Assembly: GCA_028870995.1 (NCBI GenBank)
Contig: JAGWOI010000008.1
Span: forward strand, 3,468 to 67,467
Origin: Candidatus Omnitrophota bacterium
Lineage (GTDB): Bacteria; Omnitrophota; Gorgyraeia; Zapsychrales; Fredricksoniimonadaceae
Reading direction: 5' to 3'
DNA length: 64,000 nucleotides
Part shown: in pieces, positions 35,539 through 45,170 of the stretch
How positions within the stretch are numbered: position 1 is the first letter of the stretch
How the letters are laid out: each line of letters begins with the position of its first letter
Program-made: the position numbers and the translations under genes
Notes under the pieces: generated by a model
Seen by the model: only the letters and a program-made list of their open reading frames with translations
What the model was told of the DNA's origin: nothing
The model's database searches: none

Positions 35539-36447
35539 ATGGAAAAAAGGTCTCTGCATCCGCAGTTTGCCCATTTCCGCGCCCTTATCAATCGAGAAGG
35601 AAGATCGAATATCCACAGCTCCAGGGAAAGGCATAATCCGCTGTTGGACCTTTACCATTATCTTTTTTCTCTCTCCTGGCCCAAGTTCTTCCTCTGTATC
35701 GCCGCCGTTTATCTGTTGATCAACCTGTGTTTTGGAAGTTTCTATTTTTTCGATGGGGTGGATATCCTAAAGAAGGCATCAGGCCTCCAACGTTTCAGTC
35801 ATTGCTTTTTATTGAGCGTCGAAAATATGACGGCCGTCGATTACAGCAGGGTGGAGCGCGGCAGCGGCGGGGTGTACCTGTTGATGACGGTCCAGGCATT
35901 CCTTGGGCTCCTGACCCTGGCCGTGATCACCGGTCTTTTTTACGCGCGGTTTTCGAGGGCCACCGCCAGGGTCATTTTCAGCAATAAAATCACCATTGCT
36001 CCTTATAACGGCAGGACGTGCCTTTCTTTCAGGATCGCCAATGAACGTTTGAACCAGATTGCGGAAGCCCGGATGTCCCTGCACATGACCAGAAATGAGG
36101 TCAGCCGGGAAGGGGAACATACCCGCAAATTTTATGACCTTAACTTGGAGCGCAGTCATACGCCCTTGTTTTCGTTAAGCTGGACGGTGAGGCACTTTAT
36201 CGACGAATACAGCCCCCTGTTCGGCATGGATGAACAACAAATGAAGGAAGCCCAAATGGGCATCCTGGCGTCGTTGACCGGCACCGACGAGACTTTTTCC
36301 CAGCCCATCATGGCCCGCCATGCGTATTCCGTCGAAGACATTGTTTACAACCGGCGTTTTAAAGATATCATAATATGGCAGGATAAGAAGGTGCATATCA
36401 ATTTAAAAGGCATCCACGACCTGCACGAGGCGGACATGGGCCGCTAA
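35539..36447 (+). CDS. KirBac-like inward-rectifier-fold channel with a non-canonical selectivity filter
   Basis: 'LSVENMTAVDYSRV' aligns with the KirBac 'FSVETLATVGYGDM'. 'YLFSLSWPKFF' is a slide-helix/TM1 match. The cytoplasmic Ig-like domain is 'ARVIFSNKITIAPYNGRTCLSFRIANERLNQIAEARMSLHMTRNE'. Confidence 0.75.
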   Translation: MEKRSLHPQFAHFRALINREGRSNIHSSRERHNPLLDLYHYLFSLSWPKFFLCIAAVYLLINLCFGSFYFFDGVDILKKASGLQRFSHCFLLSVENMTAVDYSRVERGSGGVYLLMTVQAFLGLLTLAVITGLFYARFSRATARVIFSNKITIAPYNGRTCLSFRIANERLNQIAEARMSLHMTRNEVSREGEHTRKFYDLNLERSHTPLFSLSWTVRHFIDEYSPLFGMDEQQMKEAQMGILASLTGTDETFSQPIMARHAYSVEDIVYNRRFKDIIIWQDKKVHINLKGIHDLHEADMGR

Positions 36448-36453
36448 CGGGAT

Positions 36454-36969
36454 ATGATAAGGATATATTCAGGTTCGAGAGGTTTCGGGTTCCTTCTTTT
36501 TTTTATCCTGGGAATTTTCCTGCTTTTGCTGGTTTTCTTTTGGGGTATAACGGCCATCATGCAGCTGCTGCTGCCGTTATTGATCGTGGTCTCTTACCTG
36601 ACGATCATTGTTTTTGTCATGGGGTTCCTTCCGGCCACCTCCATTAAGCGTTTGCGCCCTGCCCTCAGCAGGTATTCACTGTTGATGTCCTATTGCCTGG
36701 GTACGGCTGCCTGGATATTGGCTTTTCTGTTTGTCATCCGCGCTTTCGGGTTCCTCGGCGTGGTGTTTGCCTTTTTCTTCAAATACCTGGGGTTTATCGC
36801 GCTCGCCGGCGCGCTGGCCAAGGGGGCCTGGCATGTGGCTGCCCATTTGGCCTTATGGTCCATCTTCGCCTATGTCACGAAATTCTATAGCCAATGGCTG
36901 TTGACGTTAAAGTCCTACGGCCGCCAAAGGAGCGGTAATATCATTGACATACAGGCCAGGGAGGTTTAG
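36454..36969 (+). CDS. Small hypothetical 4-TM membrane protein
   Basis: It is 171 aa with four long hydrophobic segments and lies directly downstream of the channel gene. Confidence 0.5.
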   Translation: MIRIYSGSRGFGFLLFFILGIFLLLLVFFWGITAIMQLLLPLLIVVSYLTIIVFVMGFLPATSIKRLRPALSRYSLLMSYCLGTAAWILAFLFVIRAFGFLGVVFAFFFKYLGFIALAGALAKGAWHVAAHLALWSIFAYVTKFYSQWLLTLKSYGRQRSGNIIDIQAREV

Positions 36970-36980
36970 AGTAATTTTTT

Positions 36981-37667
36981 ATGGACTATACTGCATACAT
37001 CCATTGCCAAGTCAAGAATTTGAAAAATGGCCTGGAGAAAAGCCGGATCCAGCCTTATGTGACCATTTCACGCCAAACAGGCGCCTGGGGGCTGACCATT
37101 GCCAAAAAACTTTGCGAATCCTTAAAGAAGGTCCCCCAGTTCAAAAACTGTCCATGGGCCATTTTTGATAAAGAGATCCTTGATAAGGTGATACATGAGC
37201 TAAATTTGCCGGAAACGGTTCTTCCTTATCTTTCGGAATCGACCATTACCGAGATCGAGGATCTGATGGAGGAGCTCTTCGGACTGCATCCTTCCCGGTA
37301 CCTGCTGGTCCAGGAGACCAGCAAGACCATCCTGCATTTGGCCCAGCTCGGCCATGCCATCATTGTGGGCAGGGGCTCGGGCATCATCACTGCCAAAATC
37401 CCCGGCGGTGTTCATGTGCGGTTGATAGCCCCCTTGGAAAAACGCATTGAGCATATGCAGGAGTATTTAAAGGTCAGCCGCGAGGAGGCCAGAAGGTTTA
37501 TCCTTGAAAAAGACGCCAACCGGAAGAATTACGCTAAAAAGTATTTCGATAAGGATAATAGCGATCCTTTGTTGTATGACCTGGTCATCAATGTGGATGC
37601 CGTGGGGATCCATGAGACGGTGAAGATCATTGAAGATTTGTTACTGATCAAGAATAAGCTATGTTAA
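36981..37667 (+). CDS. Cytidylate kinase-like family protein (Cytidylate_kin2-type P-loop NTPase)
   Basis: 'YVTISRQTGAWGLTIAKKLCESL' is the variant P-loop of this family. The C-terminus is 'YDLVINVDAVGIHETVKIIEDL'. Confidence 0.65.
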   Translation: MDYTAYIHCQVKNLKNGLEKSRIQPYVTISRQTGAWGLTIAKKLCESLKKVPQFKNCPWAIFDKEILDKVIHELNLPETVLPYLSESTITEIEDLMEELFGLHPSRYLLVQETSKTILHLAQLGHAIIVGRGSGIITAKIPGGVHVRLIAPLEKRIEHMQEYLKVSREEARRFILEKDANRKNYAKKYFDKDNSDPLLYDLVINVDAVGIHETVKIIEDLLLIKNKLC

Positions 37668-38107
37668 AGCGGCTGCTGACAGGGGCCATGATTTTCACTT
37701 TGTGGAGCGGGTATCTTCAAGCCCAGGAGGTCCCGTCCCAGAAAAAGACCTTGGCCGACGGCTGTACCTATGAGGGTCAATTCAAGGGCGACGTCCCCGG
37801 TGGCCAAGGGGCCGTGACCTGTCCCAACGGGGTGCAATACACCGGAGCATTCAAGGACGGGCTTTATGACGGCCCAGGGACCCTGGTTTATGCCGACAGC
37901 AGCAAATACGAGGGGCATTTTAAAGAGGGGCTTCTGGACGGCCACGGGGATTTGACTTGGGCCGACGGGGGGTCTTATAAGGGGAATTTCAGCGCAGGTC
38001 AGATCAACGGCGAGGGGGTTTTGACCGGCGCAGACGGCAGCCGTCACGAAGGCTACTTTAAAAACGGGGATTTTGTGGGTACGGAAGAGCCGGCACAGGA
38101 CAATTAA
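37661..38107 (+). CDS. Secreted MORN-repeat protein
   Basis: It has a signal peptide followed by five tandem 'YxGxFKxGxxxGxG' MORN motifs. Confidence 0.75.
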   Translation: MLKRLLTGAMIFTLWSGYLQAQEVPSQKKTLADGCTYEGQFKGDVPGGQGAVTCPNGVQYTGAFKDGLYDGPGTLVYADSSKYEGHFKEGLLDGHGDLTWADGGSYKGNFSAGQINGEGVLTGADGSRHEGYFKNGDFVGTEEPAQDN

Positions 38108-38127
38108 TTGCTTTAGAAAGGATAAAT

Positions 38128-38760
38128 ATGTCAGGTCATGTAAAGAAGGTTTTGGCGGCAGGCTTGTTGCTGTTGTTGTCGCTGCCGGGATTATCTTATG
38201 CCGACTGGTCCGTGGGGATCGGCGTAGGCAACCCTGATTATCACCGCGATCATGACAGGGACCGCTGGCATGAATGGCACGAGCATCCCCGCTGGGGTTA
38301 TCGGGAGCGTTATTTGCCGCCGGATTGCTACACCATCTGGTCTGACGGCATCAGGTATCATTATTGCGGAGGCGTGTATTACACCTATGCCAGCGGGGAT
38401 TATATGCTGGTCAACCCTCCGGCAGGAGCTTTTGTCAACGCCATTCCGCCGGATTTTCACCCTGTGGTCATTAACGGGATTACCTATTATACCGATCAGG
38501 GCATTTATTATGTTTTAACCGCCCGTGGTTATCAAGTGGTCGCCCCGCCTGTAGTGGAACAGCCGCAGGTGCTGACGCCGCCTCCGGCGCCGCCCACCAG
38601 CTATGGCCAGGACAGTTTCACCGTGAATGTGCCCAACAACAGCGGGGGCTATACGACGGTGGTCGTTAAAAGATCGGGTAAGGGCTATGTGGGGCCGCAA
38701 GGGGAGTATTACGCGGAATTTCCCAAGGTTTCCGAGCTTAAAGCCATGTACGTGAAGTGA
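38128..38760 (+). CDS. Secreted His/Asp/Tyr-rich hypothetical protein (family A, long form)
   Basis: The signal peptide ends 'LSYADW'. A His-rich stretch 'HRDHDRDRWHEWHEHPRWGY' follows, then 'GGVYYTYASGDYMLVNPPAGA'. It is paralogous to 45670..46005. Confidence 0.6.
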   Translation: MSGHVKKVLAAGLLLLLSLPGLSYADWSVGIGVGNPDYHRDHDRDRWHEWHEHPRWGYRERYLPPDCYTIWSDGIRYHYCGGVYYTYASGDYMLVNPPAGAFVNAIPPDFHPVVINGITYYTDQGIYYVLTARGYQVVAPPVVEQPQVLTPPPAPPTSYGQDSFTVNVPNNSGGYTTVVVKRSGKGYVGPQGEYYAEFPKVSELKAMYVK

Positions 38761-38783
38761 CCTAGCGTAAAAAATCGTTAAAG

Positions 38784-38834
38784 AACCGGGACACAGGATT
38801 TTTTAATAAAAATTCAATGTGTCCCGGTTTTTTT
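38784..38834 (+). terminator. Putative intrinsic terminator: 10-bp stem, long loop, T-run
   Basis: 'CCGGGACACA' is followed by an AT-rich loop of about 22 nt and then 'TGTGTCCCGG', with a TTTTTTT run immediately after. It is located after the stop of the 38128..38760 gene. Confidence 0.4.
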
Positions 38835-38885
38835 ATTCCCGCCATTGACACGCTACTTCCTATCATGTATATTTAACCAGTAGAA

Positions 38886-38904
38886 TATTTCACATAGTGA
38901 AATA
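38886..38904. promoter_or_regulatory. Perfect 8-bp inverted repeat, candidate MarR operator
   Basis: 'TATTTCAC-ATA-GTGAAATA' is a perfect inverted repeat. It ends about 20 bp upstream of the marR ATG at 38925, just before the RBS 'GGGAGG'. Confidence 0.45.
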
Positions 38905-38924
38905 AATGGGAGGTTGCATAAAAT

Positions 38925-39398
38925 ATGGGACAGCTTAAACTGGAAGAGTTTGGGGACCGGATGGTCGGGCTCCTTCCCAAATTGAAGATCGAGATGGGCT
39001 GTTACGAAAACAACACCCTGATCAAGAGCGACCTGACCGAGACCCAGCTCTTGGTTTTGGAATGCCTTTCCACCTGCGGGCTCTGCAAGATGCATATTTT
39101 AGTTGAGGCCCTTAAGTCCAAATTTCCCTCCGTTACGGCCATGATCGACAGGCTGGTAAAAATGGGTTTTGTGAGGCGCGAACACGGCAAGGAGGACCGC
39201 CGCACTGTCCTGGTGGATTTGAGTGTCAAAGGCCGCAAGGTCTTAAACCAGGTGCATGGGGAGCGTCGGAAGGTTTTCATGCAGGTTTTTAGCCGGGTTT
39301 CCCAGGCCGAAAGGGAAGAATATTTAAGGATCATTGAAAAGCTGGTCGACAGTTTTTCCCATCCTATTGAACCCACCAAGAAAGACAAATGCCTATGA
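38925..39398 (+). CDS. MarR-family transcriptional regulator
   Basis: The winged-HTH region is 'LTETQLLVLECLSTCGLCKMHILVEAL...VTAMIDRLVKMGFVRREHGKEDRRTVLVDLSVKGRKVL'. Confidence 0.8.
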   Translation: MGQLKLEEFGDRMVGLLPKLKIEMGCYENNTLIKSDLTETQLLVLECLSTCGLCKMHILVEALKSKFPSVTAMIDRLVKMGFVRREHGKEDRRTVLVDLSVKGRKVLNQVHGERRKVFMQVFSRVSQAEREEYLRIIEKLVDSFSHPIEPTKKDKCL

Positions 39399-40546
39399 AA
39401 AGATTTTTCCGACTGTTGCCGGCCGTTGCGGTGAGCGTTATTTTTATCGGCTGCAGCCACAAGCAAGGGGGCGGGATGCCCGCCATGCCGCCGCCGGAAG
39501 TGAGTGTGGCGCAGGTGACATCCCAGGATGTGCCTCTCACCGCTGAACTGCCGGGCCGCATCGATGCCGTGCGCACCGCCCAGGTCCGGGCCCGCGCCAC
39601 CGGTATCCTGCTTAAGCAAATATATAAGGAAGGCTCGGAGGTCAAGGAGGGGGATGTCTTGTTCCAGATCGATCCGGCACCGTTGCAGGCGAGCCTGGAC
39701 AGCGCCAAGGCCGCACTGGCCAAGGCCAGGGCGAACCTGGAAGATGCCCAAATCAAGGCCGAGCGCTACAAGGCGCTGGCTGCCATCCATGCCGTCAGCA
39801 AACAAGAGTATGATGATGCCAACGCCTTAGGGTTGCAGGCCAAGGCGGATGTCGAGTCGGCCAAGGCCGCGGTGGAGGTGGCTCGACTGAACCTGGGTTA
39901 TGCCACGGTGACGGCGTCCATTTCGGGTCACATTGGGCCGGCACTCGTGACCGAAGGCGCTCTGGTGAGCCAAACCGATGCCACCCCGATGGCCTTGATC
40001 CAGCAGCTTGACCCGATTTATTTTGACTTTACCGAATCCAGTACGGAAGAATTGAAGCTGAGACAGGCCTTTGAAGGGGGAAAGCTGCAACGCGTCGCGC
40101 CCCATGAAGCCAAGATCACCTTGTTATTGGAAGACGGCAGCGAGTATAAACAACCGGGCAAGCTATTGTTCACGGATACCACGGTGGATCCCAGCACAGG
40201 CATGGTGACCTTGCGTGCCATGTTCCCCAATCCGGACCATTTATTGCTGCCGGGGATGTTCGCCCGCTGCCGCATCAAGCAGGCGGTCAATCCCCAGGCG
40301 GTTTTGGCGCTTCAGCAGGGGATCATTCTCGGTCCTAACGGGACTGCCAGTGCCATGGTGGTAACGCCTGACAACAAGGTGGAATCACGGCCCGTCAACA
40401 TAGGCCAGGCCATCGGTGACAAGTGGGTCGTGACCGGCGGCCTGAAGGCGGGGGAAAGCATTATTGTTGAAGGCCTGCAGAAGGCCAGGCCCGGCATGAC
40501 CGTCAAACCTGTGCCGTTCAAGACGGACAATCAGTATTCCCTATAA
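39389..40546 (+). CDS. RND efflux periplasmic adaptor (membrane fusion protein, MexA/AcrA-like)
   Basis: The lipobox is 'FIGCS'. A coiled-coil hairpin region and HlyD-like beta-barrel segments are present. Confidence 0.85.
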   Translation: MPMKRFFRLLPAVAVSVIFIGCSHKQGGGMPAMPPPEVSVAQVTSQDVPLTAELPGRIDAVRTAQVRARATGILLKQIYKEGSEVKEGDVLFQIDPAPLQASLDSAKAALAKARANLEDAQIKAERYKALAAIHAVSKQEYDDANALGLQAKADVESAKAAVEVARLNLGYATVTASISGHIGPALVTEGALVSQTDATPMALIQQLDPIYFDFTESSTEELKLRQAFEGGKLQRVAPHEAKITLLLEDGSEYKQPGKLLFTDTTVDPSTGMVTLRAMFPNPDHLLLPGMFARCRIKQAVNPQAVLALQQGIILGPNGTASAMVVTPDNKVESRPVNIGQAIGDKWVVTGGLKAGESIIVEGLQKARPGMTVKPVPFKTDNQYSL

Positions 40547-40561
40547 AGTTTAAGGAAAAAC

Positions 40562-43500
40562 ATGCTGTCCAAGTTTTTTATAGATAGACCGATATTCGCC
40601 TGGGTCATCTCTTTATTGATCTTGCTCATGGGAATCGTGGCCATTACCCAATTGCCCGTGGCCCAGTATCCAAGCGTGGCTCCTCCGTCGATATCAGTCA
40701 TTGCCAACTATGCCGGCGCTTCCGCCGAGACCCTGCAGGAGACGGTCACCTCGGTCATCGAGCAGCAGCTCAACGGCATCGATCATTTGCTTTACATGTC
40801 CTCCTCCAGCAATTCCAGCGGGCAGGCCATGATCTCCCTTTATTTCGAACCCGGCACCAATCCCGATACGGCCCAGGTGCAGGTCCAGAACAAGCTGCAG
40901 CTGGCCCTGCCGAGCCTGCCAATCGTCGTCCAGCAGGCCGGCGTCACCGTCGTTAAATCCACGCGTAATTTCCTGATGTTCTTCACCTTGTCATCTACCG
41001 ACGGCAGCATGAATGCCGTCGACCTCGGCAATTATATTTCCGCCCATGTCTTGCAACCTATCAGCCGCCTACCGGGAGTGGGCGAGGCGGATTTGTTCGG
41101 CACGGAGTATGCCATGCGCGTCTGGATGGATCCGCAAAAACTTTATAGCTACAGATTGACGGCAGGGGACGTGATCGCAGCCCTTCAGGCGCAGAACATC
41201 CAGGTGCCTTTGGGACAGCTGGGGGCGAGACCCGCGGTCAAGGGGCAGGAATTGAACATCACCCTTCAGGGTCAGGGGACCTTGCGCAGCCCCAAGGAGT
41301 TCGGCAATATTCTTCTCAAGGTGAATCCCGACGGCTCACGGGTGTACTTGCGTAATGTCGCACGGGTGGCCCTGGCCGGATTGGACTATACCACCCAGGC
41401 GTTCATCAACGGCCGGCCATCGGCGGCCGTGGCCATTAAATTGACCCCCACGGCCAATGCCGTCAAGACCGCCGATGCGATACGGGCGAAAGTGGCCGAG
41501 CTTTCCCAATACTTCCCGCCGCATATTAAGGTCAATTTCCCTCTGGACCAGTCCGCCTTCGTGCGCATCTCCATCCAGGAGGTCATCAAGACCCTGCTTA
41601 TCGCCATCTTTCTCGTGTTTTTGGTCATGTATCTGTTCCTGCAGAATTTCCGCACGACCCTGATACCCACGATCGTAGTACCGGTGGCCTTGATGGGGAC
41701 ATTCACGGCCATGAAGGCTTTTGGATTTTCCATCAATGTGTTGACCCTGTTCGGCATGGTGCTGGCCATCGGCATGCTGGTCGATGATGCCATTGTGGTG
41801 GTTGAAAACGTTGAGCGCCTCATGCGGGAGGAGGGGCTAGGTCCCCGGGAGGCCAGCATCAAGGCCATGGAGCAGATCACCGGCGCGCTCGTTGGTATTT
41901 CGCTCGTACTGACGGCGGTCTTTATCCCCATGGCCTTTTTCGGCGGGTCAGTGGGGGCCATTTACCGGCAGTTCTCCTTGTCGCTCATTGCCTCGATGCT
42001 GTTTTCCATCTTTCTGGCCCTGACCATGACCCCGTCCTTGTGCGCCTCGATGCTCAAGCCCATTCCGCCGGGACATCATGACCAAAAGCGCGGCTTTTTC
42101 GGCTGGTTCAACCGCTTTTTCGATAACAGCCGCAACACCTATCAGAGCATCATCGCCCGTATGATGAAAGGCACCGTGCGGTATTTCCTCATCTACTTGG
42201 CCATCATTGCCGCCATTGTTGTTCTGTTCTCCCGGCTGCCGTCGTCGTTCTTGCCGGAAGAGGACCAGGGTTATTTCATCACGCTTGTTTCGCTGCCGGT
42301 GGGCGCTACCCAGCAACGGACACTGAAGGTGCTCAAACAAGTGGAACAATATTTCCTGAAACAGCCGGAAGTCCGGGAGATCATCACCGTGGCTGGATTC
42401 AGTTTCAACGGCCGCGGCCAGAATTCGGCGCTCGCCTTTATCCGCCTGAAGGACTGGAGCCAGCGTCCCGGCGCGGTTCATAAAGCGCCGGCGATCATCG
42501 GGCGGGCATTTATGGCCTTCTCCAGGATCAAGGACGCCATTATCTATCCGGTGAATCTGCCGCCTATCCCGGAACTGGGTACCTCCTCGGGGTTTGATAT
42601 GGAATTGGAGGATCAAGAGGGGCTGGGCCATGAAAAGTTCATGCAGGCCGTCCATCAATTGCTGGGTATGGCCGCTAAAAACCCCAATGTGTCGGGTGTG
42701 CGCATGCAGGGCCTGGAGGACGTGCCCGAGCTAAAGGTTAATGTCGACAAGGACAAGGCCAGCGCCCTGGGAATTTCCCTCGCGGAGCTTAACACCACCA
42801 TGCAAGCCGATCTGGGTTCCCTGTATGTCAATAATTTCGTGCACGGCAACCGGGTGCAGCGTGTGATGGTCCAGCTTGACGCGCCTTTCCGCATGCTTCC
42901 CCAGGACATCGATAAAATTTATGTGCGCAACAACCAGGGGAAGATGGTCTCCTTGGGGGGGCTTGTCCACCTGCAATGGGCTTATGGTTCTCCGCAATTG
43001 CAGCGGTACAACGGTGTTCCTGCCATCGAGATCGTGGGAAGTGCCGCGCCCGGCAAGAGTACTGGCCAGGCCATGAAAGCCATGGCAAGCCTTGTCAAAA
43101 AACTGCCGCCGGGTATCGGTTATGAATGGACAGGCCAGTCTTACGAGGAACTTTTATCCAGCGCCCAGGCACCGGCCCTGTTTATGCTTTCCTTAATTGT
43201 CGTCTTCCTGGCGCTGGCGGCCCTTTATGAAAGCTGGAACATTCCTTTTGCTGTTATGCTGGTCGTACCGTTGGGGATTTTGGGCTCGTTGCTGGCTGCC
43301 ACCTTACGCGGGCTTCCCAATGACGTGTATTTTAAAGTGGGTCTTTTGGCCATCATCGGTTTATCAGCCAAGAATGCTATTTTGATCGTTGAGTTTGCCA
43401 AGGACCTGCAAAAAGAGGGGAAGGAATTGGTCCAAGCCACCCTGGAGGCCGCTCATTTGCGCCTGCGGCCCATCCTGATGACATCCATGGCTTTTATTTT

Positions 43501-43678
43501 AGGGGTCAGCCCTTTGATATTCAGCAACGGGGCTGGTTCGGCCAGCCAGCACGATATCGGCACTGGCGTTGCGGGCGGCATGTTGACCGCTACCTTCCTG
43601 GCCCTGCTGTTTGTCCCGATATTCTTTGTTTCCGTGCGCCGGTTGTTCATGCCGAAGAATAAAGGTAAGGTGAAATGA
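40562..43678 (+). CDS. RND multidrug efflux permease (HAE1 family, AcrB/MexB-like)
   Basis: It is 1038 aa with 12 TM helices and two large periplasmic loops. It begins 'MLSKFFIDRPIFAWVISLLILLMG'. Confidence 0.9.
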   Translation: MLSKFFIDRPIFAWVISLLILLMGIVAITQLPVAQYPSVAPPSISVIANYAGASAETLQETVTSVIEQQLNGIDHLLYMSSSSNSSGQAMISLYFEPGTNPDTAQVQVQNKLQLALPSLPIVVQQAGVTVVKSTRNFLMFFTLSSTDGSMNAVDLGNYISAHVLQPISRLPGVGEADLFGTEYAMRVWMDPQKLYSYRLTAGDVIAALQAQNIQVPLGQLGARPAVKGQELNITLQGQGTLRSPKEFGNILLKVNPDGSRVYLRNVARVALAGLDYTTQAFINGRPSAAVAIKLTPTANAVKTADAIRAKVAELSQYFPPHIKVNFPLDQSAFVRISIQEVIKTLLIAIFLVFLVMYLFLQNFRTTLIPTIVVPVALMGTFTAMKAFGFSINVLTLFGMVLAIGMLVDDAIVVVENVERLMREEGLGPREASIKAMEQITGALVGISLVLTAVFIPMAFFGGSVGAIYRQFSLSLIASMLFSIFLALTMTPSLCASMLKPIPPGHHDQKRGFFGWFNRFFDNSRNTYQSIIARMMKGTVRYFLIYLAIIAAIVVLFSRLPSSFLPEEDQGYFITLVSLPVGATQQRTLKVLKQVEQYFLKQPEVREIITVAGFSFNGRGQNSALAFIRLKDWSQRPGAVHKAPAIIGRAFMAFSRIKDAIIYPVNLPPIPELGTSSGFDMELEDQEGLGHEKFMQAVHQLLGMAAKNPNVSGVRMQGLEDVPELKVNVDKDKASALGISLAELNTTMQADLGSLYVNNFVHGNRVQRVMVQLDAPFRMLPQDIDKIYVRNNQGKMVSLGGLVHLQWAYGSPQLQRYNGVPAIEIVGSAAPGKSTGQAMKAMASLVKKLPPGIGYEWTGQSYEELLSSAQAPALFMLSLIVVFLALAALYESWNIPFAVMLVVPLGILGSLLAATLRGLPNDVYFKVGLLAIIGLSAKNAILIVEFAKDLQKEGKELVQATLEAAHLRLRPILMTSMAFILGVSPLIFSNGAGSASQHDIGTGVAGGMLTATFLALLFVPIFFVSVRRLFMPKNKGKVK

Positions 43679-45072
43679 ACATAAGACCTTTAAAAGTCAT
43701 TATTTCAACCGCGCTGACCTTCTCCATGGCCTTCTCCGGGTGCACCTTTATTCCCAAATACCAGCGTCCGGCCCCGCCCGTGCCGGCACAATTTACGCAT
43801 GCCAATCCTAAAGTGCAGACGGCAGGAACACCTGCCTATGACATCGGCTGGCAGGCCTTTTTCAAGGACCCGCGGCTGCAAAAGCTTATTGGGCTGGCCC
43901 TGGCCAACAACCGTGATTACCGTGTGGCCATGTTGAATGTGGAACAGATCCGCGATCAGTACAGGATCATTCGGTATGCCTTGATTCCGACCTTCCAGAT
44001 CGATGCCCAGGGCACGCGTGAACGCGGTCTGGTCGGTAAAAGCATTACGTCGCTGACTTCCTATCAGGCGAACATCAATACCTCCTATGAAGTGGACCTT
44101 TTCGGTCATATCCGCAGCCTCCAGGCCCAGGCCGTGGAGCAATATTTCGCCACCCGTCAAGCAGCCCTGGCGGCCCGGATTTCGCTTGTGGCCGCCGTGG
44201 CCCAGCAGTATTTGACCGTGCTTGCGATGGAAGAGCAGGTGCGCCTGCTGCGGCATACGCTCAAGAACGTTGAATCTTATTATGGGTTGATTACAAAGAG
44301 TTATCAAATCGGCAATGCCTCTGCCTTGGACGTGCGCCTGGCTGAAGTCCAGGTGCAGACGATCGAGGCGGCGGTTGCCGGCGATGAACGCCTTGAGGCC
44401 CAGGCGAAGGATGGTCTGATGCTTTTGGTGGGTGAGGCCTTGCCCGCAGACCTTCCGCCGTCAGGCAGTCTGGCTTCACAGAGGCTGATAGAGGATTTGC
44501 CGGCAGGACTTTCGTCGGATTTGCTGCAGCAGCGTCCGGATATCCTGGAAGCGGAGCATAATCTCAAGGCTGCCAACGCCAACATCGGTGTCGTGCGGGC
44601 GGCTTTCTTCCCCAGCATCACCCTGACCGCTTCCGACGGGACCGCCAGCGTCAAGCTGGCCAAGCTCTTTGAGCACAATGTCTGGAGTTTTTCGCCCCAA
44701 ATTTCGTTGCCGTTATTCAACCAGAATACCAACCTGGCCAATTTGCATGCGGCCCAGGTCCAAAAAAAAATCCAGATCGCCCAATATGAAAAAACCGTCC
44801 AGACGGCTTTTAAGGAAGTTTCCGACGGGCTTATCGCCCGCGATACGTATAACGCGCAATTAACGGCCCAGCAAAAGCTGGTTGACGCCCAACATGAACG
44901 TTACGTCCTCACCCAGGCCCGTTACCTTAACGGCATCGACAGTTACCTGACCGTGCTGCTGGCGCAGCAAGATTTGTACAGCGCCCGGCAAACCCTCATC
45001 CAGGTAAGCCTGGACCGTCTCACCAACCTCATCAATCTCTACAAAGCCCTTGGCGGCGGCTGGAAAAAATAG
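43675..45072 (+). CDS. RND efflux outer membrane factor lipoprotein (NodT/OprM family)
   Basis: The lipobox is 'FSGCTF'. Two OEP repeats are present and the C-terminus reads 'LYKALGGGW'. Confidence 0.85.
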   Translation: MNIRPLKVIISTALTFSMAFSGCTFIPKYQRPAPPVPAQFTHANPKVQTAGTPAYDIGWQAFFKDPRLQKLIGLALANNRDYRVAMLNVEQIRDQYRIIRYALIPTFQIDAQGTRERGLVGKSITSLTSYQANINTSYEVDLFGHIRSLQAQAVEQYFATRQAALAARISLVAAVAQQYLTVLAMEEQVRLLRHTLKNVESYYGLITKSYQIGNASALDVRLAEVQVQTIEAAVAGDERLEAQAKDGLMLLVGEALPADLPPSGSLASQRLIEDLPAGLSSDLLQQRPDILEAEHNLKAANANIGVVRAAFFPSITLTASDGTASVKLAKLFEHNVWSFSPQISLPLFNQNTNLANLHAAQVQKKIQIAQYEKTVQTAFKEVSDGLIARDTYNAQLTAQQKLVDAQHERYVLTQARYLNGIDSYLTVLLAQQDLYSARQTLIQVSLDRLTNLINLYKALGGGWKK

Positions 45073-45092
45073 GGACAGATCCCTATTTTTTC
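45069..45092 (+). terminator. Rho-independent terminator
   Basis: 'ATAGGGA-CAGA-TCCCTAT' is a 7-bp stem. It overlaps the OMF stop codon and is followed by TTTTTTC. Confidence 0.55.
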
Positions 45093-45170
45093 TTGAGCGG
45101 AACTTTTTCGGCCCTCTCTTTGTCTAAATGAGTGAAGGATGAGAGAGAAACAATTTCAACAGGAGGTCAT

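Noticed and set aside
39002-39805. 267-aa minus-strand ORF across marR and the adaptor gene
   Set aside because: It is antisense to two supported genes and is a shadow ORF.
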